Part shown: one piece after another, positions 17,982 through 28,463 of the stretch
How the letters are laid out: each line of letters starts with the position of its first letter
How positions within the stretch are numbered: position 1 is the first letter of the stretch
Assembly: GCA_013426015.1 (NCBI GenBank)
Contig: CP058998.1
Span: 794,758 to 858,757, forward strand
Direction: 5' to 3'
DNA: 64,000 nucleotides
Origin: Candidatus Fermentimicrarchaeum limneticum
Lineage (GTDB): Archaea; Micrarchaeota; Micrarchaeia; Burarchaeales; Fermentimicrarchaeaceae
Program-made: the position numbers and the translations under genes
The notes under the pieces: generated by a model
Databases searched by the model: none
The model's input: only the letters and a program-made list of their open reading frames with translations
Told to the model about the DNA's origin: nothing

Positions 17982-20150
17982 TTACTCCTTCAACTTCTCC
18001 AGAATGTCAATTGCCGCTTTTTTATTCAGATGCCTGTTGTTGTTCCCGCACTGCGGGTCCAGTATGCAGGATGGACAACCTCTTTGACATTTGCATTTCA
18101 GCAGCCTCTCATGCGCCATCCTCTCAACTCTCTCAAACTTCTCAAAAATAATCTTTGATAGACCTGCGCCGTGAGGGGTTGAATCATAAACATACATCCT
18201 TCCCGCAGGGTAGCTCACTCCTCCAAGTTCAGAAGGGCCTGCCCCTGTGAGAGCGGGCATCATCGCAATTGAAACATGTTCAACAGCATGCAAACCAGAG
18301 GGAAAATCATCTGTGCCGAAAACAATTTCCTCAGGAAAGTCGAACCACACCGCAAGGGTGTCAAACGCATACTGCAGCGGCTCATCCAAAGGAATTCTGC
18401 TGCTTATCCTCTCCTTCAGATAATCCTTCAGCATGTAGCCGTAAACCTCATCAGAAATGTGAACTTTCCCGTAGAAGAGCTGCCCTCCCAGAGAATCCCT
18501 TTCCCCAAGAAGCTCAGTGACTTCAGCTTCCCGGTTGCGCAATGCGACTGTGTATTCCGAAGTCTCGTAGCCCAATCTCCGAACAAAAGCGGTCTTCTTC
18601 TCCAAATCCAGCTTCTCTGAAACGAACTTCTCCCCTCCGTGCAGGTAGATTGCACCTGGGAAGAGCTCGCTGTAAGCCATCGCCTCCTCCCTCTCCCCGA
18701 TGAACCTCTCGGCTTCCAAGTCGTATATTCTTACGGGGGACCCTGCGCTCCTTATGTTCATCTGCCTGAGCTGGCGCAATGCCTTCTTCGTGGGAATCCA
18801 GCCTCCTGCGAACTCCTTGCACATCTGCTCTTCCTTCAGCTCCGAGAAGAGCTGCTCGCCCATTGGAAATGCGAGAATCTCCTTCATGTCGGCGGGGTAA
18901 TCGCGCATAAGAGAAAGGAGATGAGGCTTCAGGATGAATTCATTCTGAGGGTTGACATAGCAGCTCTCCGGTTCGCCTTTAAGGTATTCATTCGGGTTTT
19001 CGAAGTAGTACTGGTCAAGCGGGTTGTCGCGGGCGATGAAGACTGCGTTTGCCCCCTTTCCCCTTCTGCCTGCCCTGCCGATTCTCTGGCGGACGCGCGT
19101 GACAGTTCCGGGAAAGCCCGCGAGAATTACGGAATCAACTGCTCCTATGTCCATTCCCAATTCCAATGCAGATGTTGTCACAAGCGCGTCCGTCCTGCCT
19201 GACTTGAACTCCTGCTCCAGCTTTTTTCTTTCCTCCCTGTCCAAGCCCGCGCGGTAGATTTTGATTCCGTGCATATTTGTCTCATGTGCAATAATTCCAA
19301 TCCTTTCAACGACAGAGTGGCTGTTGCCGAAGATGAGCAATTTCTTTCCATTGCCGATGAGCTGCCTTGCCGCCTTCAAAGCAAGAGAGGTGTAGCTCTC
19401 CCTTCCTTCATCTGTTATATTCGGATTCAACAGGGTGTGATTCACTGTGCTTCTTGGGGCATGGCGTGCATCAACCAAGGAGAAAGGCAAGCCCACAAGT
19501 TGCTCCGAGAATTCCAATGCGTTGCCGACAGTTGCAGAGCAGCATATGAACTGCAGCTGCTTCTTTGAGTATTTTGAGTGAACTCTTCTCAGACGCTTGA
19601 TTATGTTTGAGGAGTGGCTCCCGAATGTGCCTGTGTAGGTATGAATTTCATCTATCACAACGTATTTCAGAGAGTAGAGGAATTTCCTAAATAAATGCGA
19701 ATTCAAAAGGATGAAGTGCAGCATGTCCATGTTCGTTATGAGCACGTGGGGCAGCTCCTTTCTTATCTTCTCGCGCATGTGCGCGGAAGTGTCCCCATCA
19801 TATACCTCGCTCTTCACTCCAAGCAATGCAAATTCGCGGAAGCGCGTAAGCTGGTCTCTTGAAAGTGCTTTTGTTGGATAAATCACAATGCTTCTTTCCC
19901 CTTGCAGAGCACCTTCTATGATTGGGATGAGGTAGATTTCGCTCTTGCCAGAAGCAGTCGGAGCGGTTACAACAACATTCTTCACTCTCCTCACCTTTCT
20001 TATCCCTTCAACTTGATGCTTGTAGAATTTCTCAATTCCTCTTGAGTTCAGCACCCCCATTATCTCCTTTGGAACTTCAATCTCGCCGAAGCGCGCAGAG
20101 TCTCCTTTCTCAAGGAACTCCTTCATTTCGGCATCTAAGGAAAGCATCAA
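17982..20150 (-). CDS. SF2 DEAH helicase with C-terminal DUF1998 (Hrq1/MrfA/SftH family)
   Basis: APTASGKS, YPTKALSRDQ, DEIH, SAT, TSALELGMD, QRIGRAGR, LHAVEH, C-x-C-x3-C-x2-C-x5-C. Confidence 0.9.
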   Translation of the reverse strand: MMLSLDAEMKEFLEKGDSARFGEIEVPKEIMGVLNSRGIEKFYKHQVEGIRKVRRVKNVVVTAPTASGKSEIYLIPIIEGALQGERSIVIYPTKALSRDQLTRFREFALLGVKSEVYDGDTSAHMREKIRKELPHVLITNMDMLHFILLNSHLFRKFLYSLKYVVIDEIHTYTGTFGSHSSNIIKRLRRVHSKYSKKQLQFICCSATVGNALEFSEQLVGLPFSLVDARHAPRSTVNHTLLNPNITDEGRESYTSLALKAARQLIGNGKKLLIFGNSHSVVERIGIIAHETNMHGIKIYRAGLDREERKKLEQEFKSGRTDALVTTSALELGMDIGAVDSVILAGFPGTVTRVRQRIGRAGRRGKGANAVFIARDNPLDQYYFENPNEYLKGEPESCYVNPQNEFILKPHLLSLMRDYPADMKEILAFPMGEQLFSELKEEQMCKEFAGGWIPTKKALRQLRQMNIRSAGSPVRIYDLEAERFIGEREEAMAYSELFPGAIYLHGGEKFVSEKLDLEKKTAFVRRLGYETSEYTVALRNREAEVTELLGERDSLGGQLFYGKVHISDEVYGYMLKDYLKERISSRIPLDEPLQYAFDTLAVWFDFPEEIVFGTDDFPSGLHAVEHVSIAMMPALTGAGPSELGGVSYPAGRMYVYDSTPHGAGLSKIIFEKFERVERMAHERLLKCKCQRGCPSCILDPQCGNNNRHLNKKAAIDILEKLKE

Positions 20151-20230
20151 TATAATTTTGCAGGAAATTAATAAACAGGCTTCGTTTGGGTTTAAACAGT
20201 TCGGATGGCATAATTCAAGGTGGTGAAACT

Positions 20231-20752
20231 ATGCCGACAAAGATTGCGGTTGAGGAGACTTTCGGCGATTTCCGCATTGAGAGAATCAAGCCGACTGAAG
20301 ACGGGAAGCTTTCTGTAAAAGCGGGGCATTTCGACATAACAGCCGATATAGAAGGAAACGCTAACGTGATGAGGAGGGTGAAAACTCCTTGCGGCAATCT
20401 TGTCAAATGGATTGGCAGATTCAAGGATGACAAGGTTTTGTTCACAAAGGAAGCGGCTGAAAAGTTTATATATGCCGAGTTCACCCTGAAGGAAGGGAAG
20501 CCTTACATGGATTTCACGCTCACCCCGAAGAAGGAGGTTCTGACGGAGATTAGAGTGAAGGTTGGCAAGGATTGGCTTGTTGGAATGGATGGGATGGAGC
20601 TCATTGTGAAGAAGAAGGATGAACTGCATGGGAAGACGGCATTCGTCGGAAATGTGGAGCAGTTGGTCCCGTACAAGGACGAAATACTGGAGGCCGCATC
20701 TCTCCAGAAGGATGTTCTAAACCTGTTTAAGAATCCTAGAGCGAAGGAGTGA
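20231..20752 (+). CDS. hypothetical protein (possibly 3'-truncated)
   Basis: GGTGGTGA RBS before ATG 20231; the frame stays open for 26 more codons after the TGA. Confidence 0.7.
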   Translation: MPTKIAVEETFGDFRIERIKPTEDGKLSVKAGHFDITADIEGNANVMRRVKTPCGNLVKWIGRFKDDKVLFTKEAAEKFIYAEFTLKEGKPYMDFTLTPKKEVLTEIRVKVGKDWLVGMDGMELIVKKKDELHGKTAFVGNVEQLVPYKDEILEAASLQKDVLNLFKNPRAKE

Positions 20753-20866
20753 CTTGAAGGGCTGAAGGATGCAAAGGATGGTGAGGAGCGGGCGAAGACT
20801 ATAAAAAACATGAGAGGATTTGAGTCTCCTTAATTGTTTAAATACTGGAAAATGCATAATCTACTA

Positions 20867-21838
20867 ATGGCGATGCTGAAGAGTATGCATGAAGGATTTG
20901 CAGTGGAAAAAATAGAAGTGAGAAGGCAGGATTATACTGAGGCTAGGCTGAGAAAGGGCGAGATAGACCCGGATGTGTTTCTGGAGATAATGAGAAAGGT
21001 CCCTGCAACCGAATCGCAGAGGGAGAGGTTTTTCGGGGGAGGGAATTCATTCCTCGCTGCTTTTGAGATGAGGGATGACAAAAGGGCACACTTCCTGGGG
21101 ATAGTTGTTGAGAAGAGCGGAGTTATAAGGATGGGCAAGCTTCCCCCTCTGAGGGATGTGCTGGTGGGACACCCCCAAACCACCCATTACGAAATCACCT
21201 GCGCAATGCCAGAGGAGAGGATTGCAAAAGCAATATGCGAGAAGGTGAAAAGCATGCCGGATTTCAAGGGAGGCGTTTGGGTGAAAGAGCCATCTTTTCA
21301 TGAAGTTGAGCTAAGGCATGTTGGAAACGAGCTTGCGGGAGAAGACGGCGAGAAGAGGATTCGGCTAAAATTGGGAAAGAGCAAAAGAATAGTAAGAATG
21401 AGGGAGGAGGTAGGAGACGATAAAGAGGGGTATAGACTGGAGTATGTCTTTACGATGAGGGGCATACTCACAAGGATTGAGATTGAGAAGCCGTTTGGCA
21501 AGCAGATTGGCTTGATAGAACCCAGAAAACTGACAACTGAAGTGAATGAACAGGTTAAAAAAGGCAAGTATGGGGGAGTTGAGAAGAAAGGGGAAACGAT
21601 GGAGATGCGGGAGAGAATTGGGGAGGTTGATGCGAAGTACACACTCACCAACATGGGCAAGCCAGTTAGGATAGACATTGAAGGGGATGCTTTTCCTGAA
21701 GGTTTGGTTATAAGGCCGAGAAAGATTCAGAAAAGGATGAGGGAGTTTCTGGCGGATGAACAGGTTAGAGAGTGGGTTGAGGAGGAGTCCGCAAAGAGGA
21801 AGCTGAGAAAAGAGTTGAGATCAAAGCTCATTAAATAG
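20867..21838 (+). CDS. hypothetical charged protein
   Basis: Long E/K/R-rich ORF with its own TATA promoter; no recognisable motif. Confidence 0.7.
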   Translation: MAMLKSMHEGFAVEKIEVRRQDYTEARLRKGEIDPDVFLEIMRKVPATESQRERFFGGGNSFLAAFEMRDDKRAHFLGIVVEKSGVIRMGKLPPLRDVLVGHPQTTHYEITCAMPEERIAKAICEKVKSMPDFKGGVWVKEPSFHEVELRHVGNELAGEDGEKRIRLKLGKSKRIVRMREEVGDDKEGYRLEYVFTMRGILTRIEIEKPFGKQIGLIEPRKLTTEVNEQVKKGKYGGVEKKGETMEMRERIGEVDAKYTLTNMGKPVRIDIEGDAFPEGLVIRPRKIQKRMREFLADEQVREWVEEESAKRKLRKELRSKLIK

Positions 21839-21839
21839 C

Positions 21840-22103
21840 TCACAGGCCGGCAAAGTCCTTCGAAGTCTTTCCTCTTGGGAAAACAGTTCCATTCTTTGCT
21901 GAGACTGGAATCTGGTACTCCTCTGAGAGTCTGAGCAGCTCGCTCATGTCTACGAACTTGTCTGCGAACAGCACAGGGTATTCGCCAATAGGTGAGGGGA
22001 TTCTCTTCACCACGAACTCCTGGAACTGCAGCGTTCCGGAGCGCATCACCCGTATGTCCACCTTCCCCAGTTTCAATGCATCCCTCGCGATTTTCGGCAG
22101 CAT
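21840..22103 (-). CDS. small hypothetical protein
   Basis: 87-aa ORF immediately downstream of the aminotransferase, with a GAGGTG RBS. Confidence 0.7.
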   Translation of the reverse strand: MLPKIARDALKLGKVDIRVMRSGTLQFQEFVVKRIPSPIGEYPVLFADKFVDMSELLRLSEEYQIPVSAKNGTVFPRGKTSKDFAGL

Positions 22104-22104
22104 A

Positions 22105-23328
22105 TCAGCACCTCATTAGATTTTCGATTCCCTGCGCTACCTTTTCAAGGATTTCAACTGGAGGCAGCGCAGTGCTTCTCAGGTGGCTATCAAGCCCAAA
22201 ACCACTTCCTCGGGTCACCCACACATGCTCCCTTCTCAGCAGTTCTGTGCAGAAGTCCTTGTCATTCTTGAAGTTCGTCCTGCTCAGGTCAATCCTTGGA
22301 AAGAGGTAGAAAGCGCCCTTGACCTTCTGGCAGCTCACTCCCTGGATTTCGTTGAGCCTCTTCTGCATGAACTCCGCCCTCTCCCTTATGTTCTTGACCA
22401 TGTATTTCAGGAATCTGTTGTGCGCCTTGACGTTTCTCAGCGCTTCAATGCCGGCAATCTGGGCGGGCGTGCTGGCGGAAAGCCTCATTGTAACGAGGTT
22501 GCCAAGCCCTTCCCTGAGATTCCCAGAAGCTTCATCATCCTCGGGTATCGCGACCCAGCCGACCCTGAAGCCGGTTCCTGCCCAGTTCTTGGACAAGCCG
22601 TTCATTATCACATGGGGCACGCCCTTCGCAACCTCCCCTATGCATGTCATCTTCTCCTTTACAAGAATAATCTGGTCATAGATTTCATCCGAGATGATAA
22701 GCAGGTCGTTGTTCTTTGCAACCTCCACGACATCCTGCAGGTCCTTCCTGCTGCACATTGAACCAGTAGGGTTGTTCGGGTTGATTATGAGAATGAAGCG
22801 CAAATCCACTCCATCGCTTTTTGCTTTCCTTATCTTCTCCTCCAAATCGTCCTTTGAGGGAGCCCATCCATTCTCTTCATTGAGGCTGCTGAGCACTACC
22901 GTGCCGCCGAATAGTTTTATAGTGGGTGCATACGTGGGGTAATACGGATTGAATAGCACGGCTCCTTTGCCTTTGTCAATCAACGATTCAGTGAGGAACG
23001 TGACTGCCTCGCTGAGGCCTTGGGTGACGAATATTTTGGATGATTCAATATCCAGATTGTACATTCTTTTGTATCTCTTGGCAATCTCGTCAAGGAATTC
23101 AAAATCGCCAGGAGAGCGGGAGTAGGAAACCTTTCCCTCCTTCAGCGCTTTGCAGTATGCTTTCGTAACGTATTTCGCAGTTCCAAGGTACGGAACGGGG
23201 TCCCCTATGCTTGCGTTGTATATCTCTGCTCCGGTCTTCTTTATCTCTTCAGCTACCGGGAAGAGCTCCCTTATGGGATAGTAGGCGTGCTCCATACGTC
23301 CTGTGAGCGTGTTGTTTGAGAACGGCAT
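22105..23328 (-). CDS. class I/II PLP aminotransferase (alanine/aspartate aminotransferase-like)
   Basis: IGDP, INPNNPTG, SDEIYD, NGLSKNWAGTGFRVGW, GAFYLF. Confidence 0.92.
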   Translation of the reverse strand: MPFSNNTLTGRMEHAYYPIRELFPVAEEIKKTGAEIYNASIGDPVPYLGTAKYVTKAYCKALKEGKVSYSRSPGDFEFLDEIAKRYKRMYNLDIESSKIFVTQGLSEAVTFLTESLIDKGKGAVLFNPYYPTYAPTIKLFGGTVVLSSLNEENGWAPSKDDLEEKIRKAKSDGVDLRFILIINPNNPTGSMCSRKDLQDVVEVAKNNDLLIISDEIYDQIILVKEKMTCIGEVAKGVPHVIMNGLSKNWAGTGFRVGWVAIPEDDEASGNLREGLGNLVTMRLSASTPAQIAGIEALRNVKAHNRFLKYMVKNIRERAEFMQKRLNEIQGVSCQKVKGAFYLFPRIDLSRTNFKNDKDFCTELLRREHVWVTRGSGFGLDSHLRSTALPPVEILEKVAQGIENLMRC

Positions 23329-23434
23329 ACAAAACCTCGATTTAGTTAAGCTGGGAAAGTATTAAAAATATAGCTTCCGTCTTCCCGCAAATGACGAACA
23401 GTAATAAAAATGTATTTTATGAAATATACTTGGA

Positions 23435-25369
23435 GTGGACCAGATGGCGAAGAACGAGTTTGATTACGAAACCACCGGGGATATCGCAGTTCCGGAGAAG
23501 CTGATAGACCAGGTCATAGGGCAGGACAAGGCAGTCGCGATAATAAGGAAGGCGGCTAGGCAGAGGAGGAACATCCTGCTCATGGGCTCTCCCGGAACGG
23601 GCAAGTCAATGCTTGCGCAGGCGATGGCTGAGCTTATGCCTACCGAGGAATTGGAGGACGTGCTTATCTACCCAAACCCCCTTGACGAGAACACTCCAAT
23701 TGTGAGACTTGTGAAAACGTATCCCAAGGACAGGAAGCTTCCAAAAGGCGCTCCTGAAATCGGGGAGGGCAGGAGGGTAATCGAGGAAACCAGGATGAAG
23801 AGGGTCACGGGGGGAGGAGGGCTGTCCCCGTCTTTCATAATAATCAGCATGCTGGTTCTTGCCCTGCTTTACCTGTCTTTCTCCGGCGCCATCGAGGGGG
23901 ACAATAAGTGGATAATAGCTGCCGCAGTCCTCGGGCTTTTCATATTCGGGGCTGCGATGGTGCTTGCTTCGGGCGTTTCCAGGAGGGTGGGAATGTTCGA
24001 AAGCTCCGAACCGAAGCTCATAGTTGACAATTCCGGCAAGAAGAATGCCCCTTTTGTTGATGCAACGGGTGCAAAGGCAGGTGCATTGTTCGGGGACGTC
24101 AGGCACGACCCGTTACAGAGTGGCGGACTTGGAACTCCAGCGCACCTCAGGGTTGAGGCGGGAGCGATCCACAGGAGCAACAAAGGAGTTCTCTTCCTTG
24201 ATGAAGTTTCCTCCCTAGGACCAAGGTCGCAGCAGGAGCTCCTCACAGCAATGCAGGAGAAGAAGTATTCAATCACGGGTCAGAGCGAGATGAGCAGCGG
24301 CGCGATTGTGAAGACGGAGCCCGTGCCTGCTGACTTCGTCTTGGTCGCAGCCGGAAACCTCATAGACATCCAGAAGATGCATCCCGCGCTGCGCTCGAGG
24401 ATTAGAGGGAATGGCTACGAGATTTACATGGACGACACCATGCCCGACAACAAGGAGAATGAGTGGAAGCTTGTTAAGTTTGTTGCACAGGAGGTCAAGA
24501 AGGACGGGAAGATACCGCATTTCACAAAGGAGGCTGTTGAGGAGTTGGTTGAGGAGGGGAGGAGGAAGTCAGGTAGGAAGAAGAGGCTCAGCCTTAGGTT
24601 CAGGGAGCTCGGTGGGTTGGTGAGGGCTGCGGGAGACGTTGCAAGGGAGGAGGGTGCGAAGTTTGTTGAGTTAAAACACGTCACAAAGGCAAAAGGAGTT
24701 GCAAGGACGCTTGAGCAACAGGTCTCGCAGCAGATTATAGATGTCAGGAAGGACTACAAGGTTTTCAGGAACAGGGGGTATGCAGTTGGAAAGGTGAACG
24801 GGCTTGCGGTGATGGGCGACGGCTCTTCGGGCATAATAATGCCCATTGTTGCAGAGGTCACGCCAGCCTCCTCGAAGAGCGAAGGAAAACTGATTGCAAC
24901 AGGCAAGCTGGGTAAGATTGCTAAGGAGGCTGTTGAGAACGTCAGTGCGATAATAAAGAAGCACATCGGCAAGGACGTGTCGCAGTACGACATGCATGTG
25001 CAGTTCCTCCAGACTTATGAAGGGGTGGAGGGTGACAGCGCAAGCATCTCCATCGCAGTCTCGGTCATATCTGCCATGGAGGGGGTTGCAGTAGACCAGA
25101 GCCTTGCAATGACCGGCTCGCTGAGCGTGAGAGGAGAAGTCCTGCCTGTGGGAGGGATAACCGCCAAGATAGAAGCTGCGATAGACGCGGGAATGAAGAA
25201 GGTGATAATCCCGAAGGCAAACGAGGGAGACGTCTACCTGGGCAAGGAAAAGAGCGGCAAGATAAGGATAATTCCTGTGAGCAACATCATCGAGGTCCTG
25301 CAAGAATCGCTGAAGGAAAGCGGCAGAAAGGACGAGCTTATAAAGGACATGCAGGGGATTATAAGGTAG
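23435..25369 (+). CDS. lonB: archaeal membrane-bound ATP-dependent protease LonB
   Basis: GSPGTGKS, two-TM insertion, LFLDE, catalytic GDSAS Ser and TAK Lys. Confidence 0.95.
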   Translation: MDQMAKNEFDYETTGDIAVPEKLIDQVIGQDKAVAIIRKAARQRRNILLMGSPGTGKSMLAQAMAELMPTEELEDVLIYPNPLDENTPIVRLVKTYPKDRKLPKGAPEIGEGRRVIEETRMKRVTGGGGLSPSFIIISMLVLALLYLSFSGAIEGDNKWIIAAAVLGLFIFGAAMVLASGVSRRVGMFESSEPKLIVDNSGKKNAPFVDATGAKAGALFGDVRHDPLQSGGLGTPAHLRVEAGAIHRSNKGVLFLDEVSSLGPRSQQELLTAMQEKKYSITGQSEMSSGAIVKTEPVPADFVLVAAGNLIDIQKMHPALRSRIRGNGYEIYMDDTMPDNKENEWKLVKFVAQEVKKDGKIPHFTKEAVEELVEEGRRKSGRKKRLSLRFRELGGLVRAAGDVAREEGAKFVELKHVTKAKGVARTLEQQVSQQIIDVRKDYKVFRNRGYAVGKVNGLAVMGDGSSGIIMPIVAEVTPASSKSEGKLIATGKLGKIAKEAVENVSAIIKKHIGKDVSQYDMHVQFLQTYEGVEGDSASISIAVSVISAMEGVAVDQSLAMTGSLSVRGEVLPVGGITAKIEAAIDAGMKKVIIPKANEGDVYLGKEKSGKIRIIPVSNIIEVLQESLKESGRKDELIKDMQGIIR

Positions 25370-26590
25370 CTATTTAATCAGGACTCTCTCACCGATGTCC
25401 GAGATTCTGTCAAAGTCAAAGTCCAGCCTGTGGCCGAAAGGTGTCTGGACGATTATGAACCCCTTTCTCTTGTCAACCCCAACTATCTTGCCTATGTAGG
25501 CTCCAAGCTCTGTCAGCACCTCCTTGCTCTCGAGCTTCATGGAAGTGAGAAGATCAACCTTTATCTTCTCCATTACTCGGAGCGAGATGAAGGCAACTAC
25601 TGTTCCTGCAATGAGGGTTTCAACGAAGTCAGAAAAGTAGACTCCTGCGAGTATCCACTGGCAGGCAACGGTGAATACCGCCCAGAGTATGAAAACGCTT
25701 ACCGCATACAGGCCGTATTTCACCACAGCATATTTCTTCCTCTCGTGCAGCAGGTCAATGATTTTTCCAAGTATTATCAGGGACACTGCCCAGGGAAGCA
25801 AAAGCAGCAGCCTGAGAAGGACATAGGCGGCAAGCTTTAGGGTTTCAGGAGTCTCCTGTGCTCGTACCAGGAACTCCTGGTAGCCCAGCACCAGTGAGAT
25901 TATCAGAAGCGGCAACGCTGAAAGGTAGAGTATGAAGCTGAGCTTCTCAACAGAGAATTGGAAATTTGAGAATGAGCGTATTATGTTTTCCTCGATGCCA
26001 AAACCCATGAGGAAGAGGTATATGCTTATCAACAATGCCGGCAGCTTCCAGCCAAGACCGAGCATCTCTCCTATGATGAGCAGCAGTATTATTATTGCCG
26101 GAACGCCCCATACTATCCTTGCATAGTGAGGCTCCTTCAGCTTCTCCAGAAGCACGAAGTATGTCTTCTCAAGCTCTTTGGCCTGCTTCATCACGACGAG
26201 CTTCACAGAGTCTATCTTCACCCTTGACTGGACTATGGGCATTATCTGTTCGTCGCTTGCACCGTCCGAGACAAGTATGCAGGAGTCGGCGCGGAAGTTC
26301 CTCAGCACGTAGTCAATCTGCTTCGCTATCTCCCTGTCTGCAAAGTACCCCAGAGCCCTGTCACCTGTCAGTGTTGCAATTTCAGCATTACTCTCCTTTG
26401 AAATTGAATCGTATATCCTCACTGCCTCGAACATGGTGTTGGCGTCGGTTTCCTCAGGGTCCTTCAGCGCCAGCTTTATGGCTGCGTCTATGTTTGCCTG
26501 CTTCCCTATTACTGGCCCAGAAATTTTCACCTTCTCGTACAGGTCGTTGTCCCTGTCGACGCACAGCACGAGAATCCTCTTCTTCGCCAT
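25370..26590 (-). CDS. DUF373-family membrane protein with C-terminal PRC-barrel-like tail
   Basis: LVLCVDRDNDL, DPEETDAN, VSDGASDE, multiple TM helices. Confidence 0.85.
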   Translation of the reverse strand: MAKKRILVLCVDRDNDLYEKVKISGPVIGKQANIDAAIKLALKDPEETDANTMFEAVRIYDSISKESNAEIATLTGDRALGYFADREIAKQIDYVLRNFRADSCILVSDGASDEQIMPIVQSRVKIDSVKLVVMKQAKELEKTYFVLLEKLKEPHYARIVWGVPAIIILLLIIGEMLGLGWKLPALLISIYLFLMGFGIEENIIRSFSNFQFSVEKLSFILYLSALPLLIISLVLGYQEFLVRAQETPETLKLAAYVLLRLLLLLPWAVSLIILGKIIDLLHERKKYAVVKYGLYAVSVFILWAVFTVACQWILAGVYFSDFVETLIAGTVVAFISLRVMEKIKVDLLTSMKLESKEVLTELGAYIGKIVGVDKRKGFIIVQTPFGHRLDFDFDRISDIGERVLIK

Positions 26591-26749
26591 CACGCCACGA
26601 AAATGATATAACGAAAGAAGTATTATAATATTTGCCTGCAAGCATCTCAGCGGAGGGAACGGTAGGAAGAGGGCATTGATAGAAAGTTGGTACGAGGGGA
26701 TAGGTTTAAAAATAAGGTAAACTAATTAGATAACAAAAGGTTATATGAG

Positions 26750-27223
26750 GTGGTTTTGATGAGGAGAGCGCAGGCGGCCATTGAGTATCTGATCATACTG
26801 GCTGTGGTCGTAATAATTGCCCTTATCGTCATTGGTGTTATTGGTGGTTTCCCAGGTATGACGAGAGGAGTTAGTGAGAGGGATTCTGCTGCTTACTGGG
26901 CAGGGGCGGATGTGGGCATAACGAGGTATTTCGTAGCCACAGGAACACCCACCACTCAGTTGATTGTCAGGAACAACAAACTGTTCCAGATAAACCTGAC
27001 GAACATAACTTTTGACGGCGGTAACGGTATAAACTACACAACTGGTGTGTTGATTTCCCCAGGTTCTGCGATATCGGTCAACATGACTGCTGCAGGCTGC
27101 GCAACAGGAGGGCAGTCATTCTCAAAGAACGTCGTGATAACGTACAAGGATGCAACATACGGCGTGCAGTACACGTTCACTGGGGAGAAGCCGCTGGTTG
27201 GAACCTGCCAGACTGCAACTTAA
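26750..27223 (+). CDS. class III signal-peptide protein (archaeal type IV pilin), copy 1
   Basis: RRA|QAAIEYLIILAVVVIIAL; N-x-T sequons; two Cys. Confidence 0.88.
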   Translation: MVLMRRAQAAIEYLIILAVVVIIALIVIGVIGGFPGMTRGVSERDSAAYWAGADVGITRYFVATGTPTTQLIVRNNKLFQINLTNITFDGGNGINYTTGVLISPGSAISVNMTAAGCATGGQSFSKNVVITYKDATYGVQYTFTGEKPLVGTCQTAT

Positions 27224-27794
27224 AATCCTTTGATTTTTTGTTTCTTTTTACTTACTCTGACTAGAGAAAGTTATTTATACGGCCTCTAATAATATCCATC
27301 CAGTTAGTTTATTGGTTACGAGGGGTGCATTTTATGAAAATGAGAAAAGGACAGGCGGCCATTGAGTATCTGATCATACTGGCTGTGGTCGTAATAATTG
27401 CCCTTATCGTCATTGGTGTTATTGGTGGTTTCCCAGGTATGACGAGAGGAGTTAGTGAGAGGGATTCTGCTGCTTACTGGGCAGGGGCGGATGTGGGCAT
27501 AACGAGGTATTTCGTAGCCACAGGAACACCCACCACTCAGTTGATTGTCAGGAACAACAAACTGTTCCAGATAAACCTGACGAACATAACTTTTGACGGC
27601 GGTAACGGTATAAACTACACAACTGGTGTGTTGATTTCCCCAGGTTCTGCGATATCGGTCAACATGACTGCTGCAGGCTGCGCAACAGGAGGGCAGTCAT
27701 TCTCAAAGAACGTCGTGATAACGTACAAGGATGCAACATACGGCGTGCAGTACACGTTCACTGGGGAGAAGCCGCTGGTTGGAACCTGCCAGAC
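26771..27794 (+). repeat. 443-bp direct repeat (26771-27213 and 27352-27794)
   Basis: No mismatch seen by eye from CAGGCGGCCATT to CCTGCCAGAC; offset 581 bp. Confidence 0.92.
27229..27250 (+). terminator. oligo-T terminator after pilin copy 1
   Basis: TTTGATTTTTTGTTTCTTTTTA, identical to 27803-27824. Confidence 0.7.
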
Positions 27795-27798
27795 CTAG
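27334..27798 (+). CDS. class III signal-peptide protein (archaeal type IV pilin), copy 2
   Basis: RKG|QAAIEY...; mature sequence identical to copy 1 except for the missing last two residues. Confidence 0.88.
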   Translation: MKMRKGQAAIEYLIILAVVVIIALIVIGVIGGFPGMTRGVSERDSAAYWAGADVGITRYFVATGTPTTQLIVRNNKLFQINLTNITFDGGNGINYTTGVLISPGSAISVNMTAAGCATGGQSFSKNVVITYKDATYGVQYTFTGEKPLVGTCQT

Positions 27799-27802
27799 GC
27801 TG

Positions 27803-27824
27803 TTTGATTTTTTGTTTCTTTTTA
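27803..27824 (+). terminator. oligo-T terminator after pilin copy 2
   Basis: Same 22-nt T tract as after copy 1. Confidence 0.7.
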
Positions 27825-27898
27825 AATTCAACTCCTTAGGGGAAGCTATTTAAAGATTTTATGAGAAATACCTTCTACTCGTTTTTGGAGTGATATGG

Positions 27899-28459
27899 AT
27901 GGGTGAATTTTCCACGCCAGGGAAGCTGATAGGCACAGAGGAGGAGTTCGTTGGCGGCGAAGGAGTCTTCAACGATTGCGGCAGGCTCCATGCCCTATAC
28001 GCGGGCGAGGTTCTGGTTGACAAGCAGAAGGCCGTTTCTGTGAAACCTTTCCCTGCTGTGCCGAAGATGGTTGCGCCGGGCATGGTTGTCTACGGGAGGG
28101 TTGAGGACATATTCGAGCCGATAGCGCTTGTGAAGCTCGCACTGGTGGAATCCAAAGGCGCAAGACAGGCTCAGGGTGATTACTTCAGCGTACTGCACGT
28201 TTCAAATGTCAGACGAGGTTATGTGAGGAACCTCCGGGATGAGGTCAAGGTCGGCGATGTGATAAAGGCGCTCGTCACAGAGATAAGGAGGGGGGAGGTC
28301 TACCTCGATATAAAAAACCCGGATTTGGGGGTTGTGAAGGCATACTGCAGCAGATGCAGGGACCCCCTCTACCTGAAGGATAGGATACTGGTCTGCGGGT
28401 CATGCGGCAGCACGGAGAGAAGGAAGCTGTCCGATGAGTATTCCGCTGTTGAGAGGTGA
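27899..28459 (+). CDS. csl4: exosome RNA-binding subunit Csl4
   Basis: PG-x-x-IG-x-EEEF-x-x-G-x-G, S1 domain, LGVVKAYCSRC...C-x2-C...ERRKL; followed by rpoL. Confidence 0.92.
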   Translation: MGEFSTPGKLIGTEEEFVGGEGVFNDCGRLHALYAGEVLVDKQKAVSVKPFPAVPKMVAPGMVVYGRVEDIFEPIALVKLALVESKGARQAQGDYFSVLHVSNVRRGYVRNLRDEVKVGDVIKALVTEIRRGEVYLDIKNPDLGVVKAYCSRCRDPLYLKDRILVCGSCGSTERRKLSDEYSAVER

Positions 28460-28463
28460 TTGT

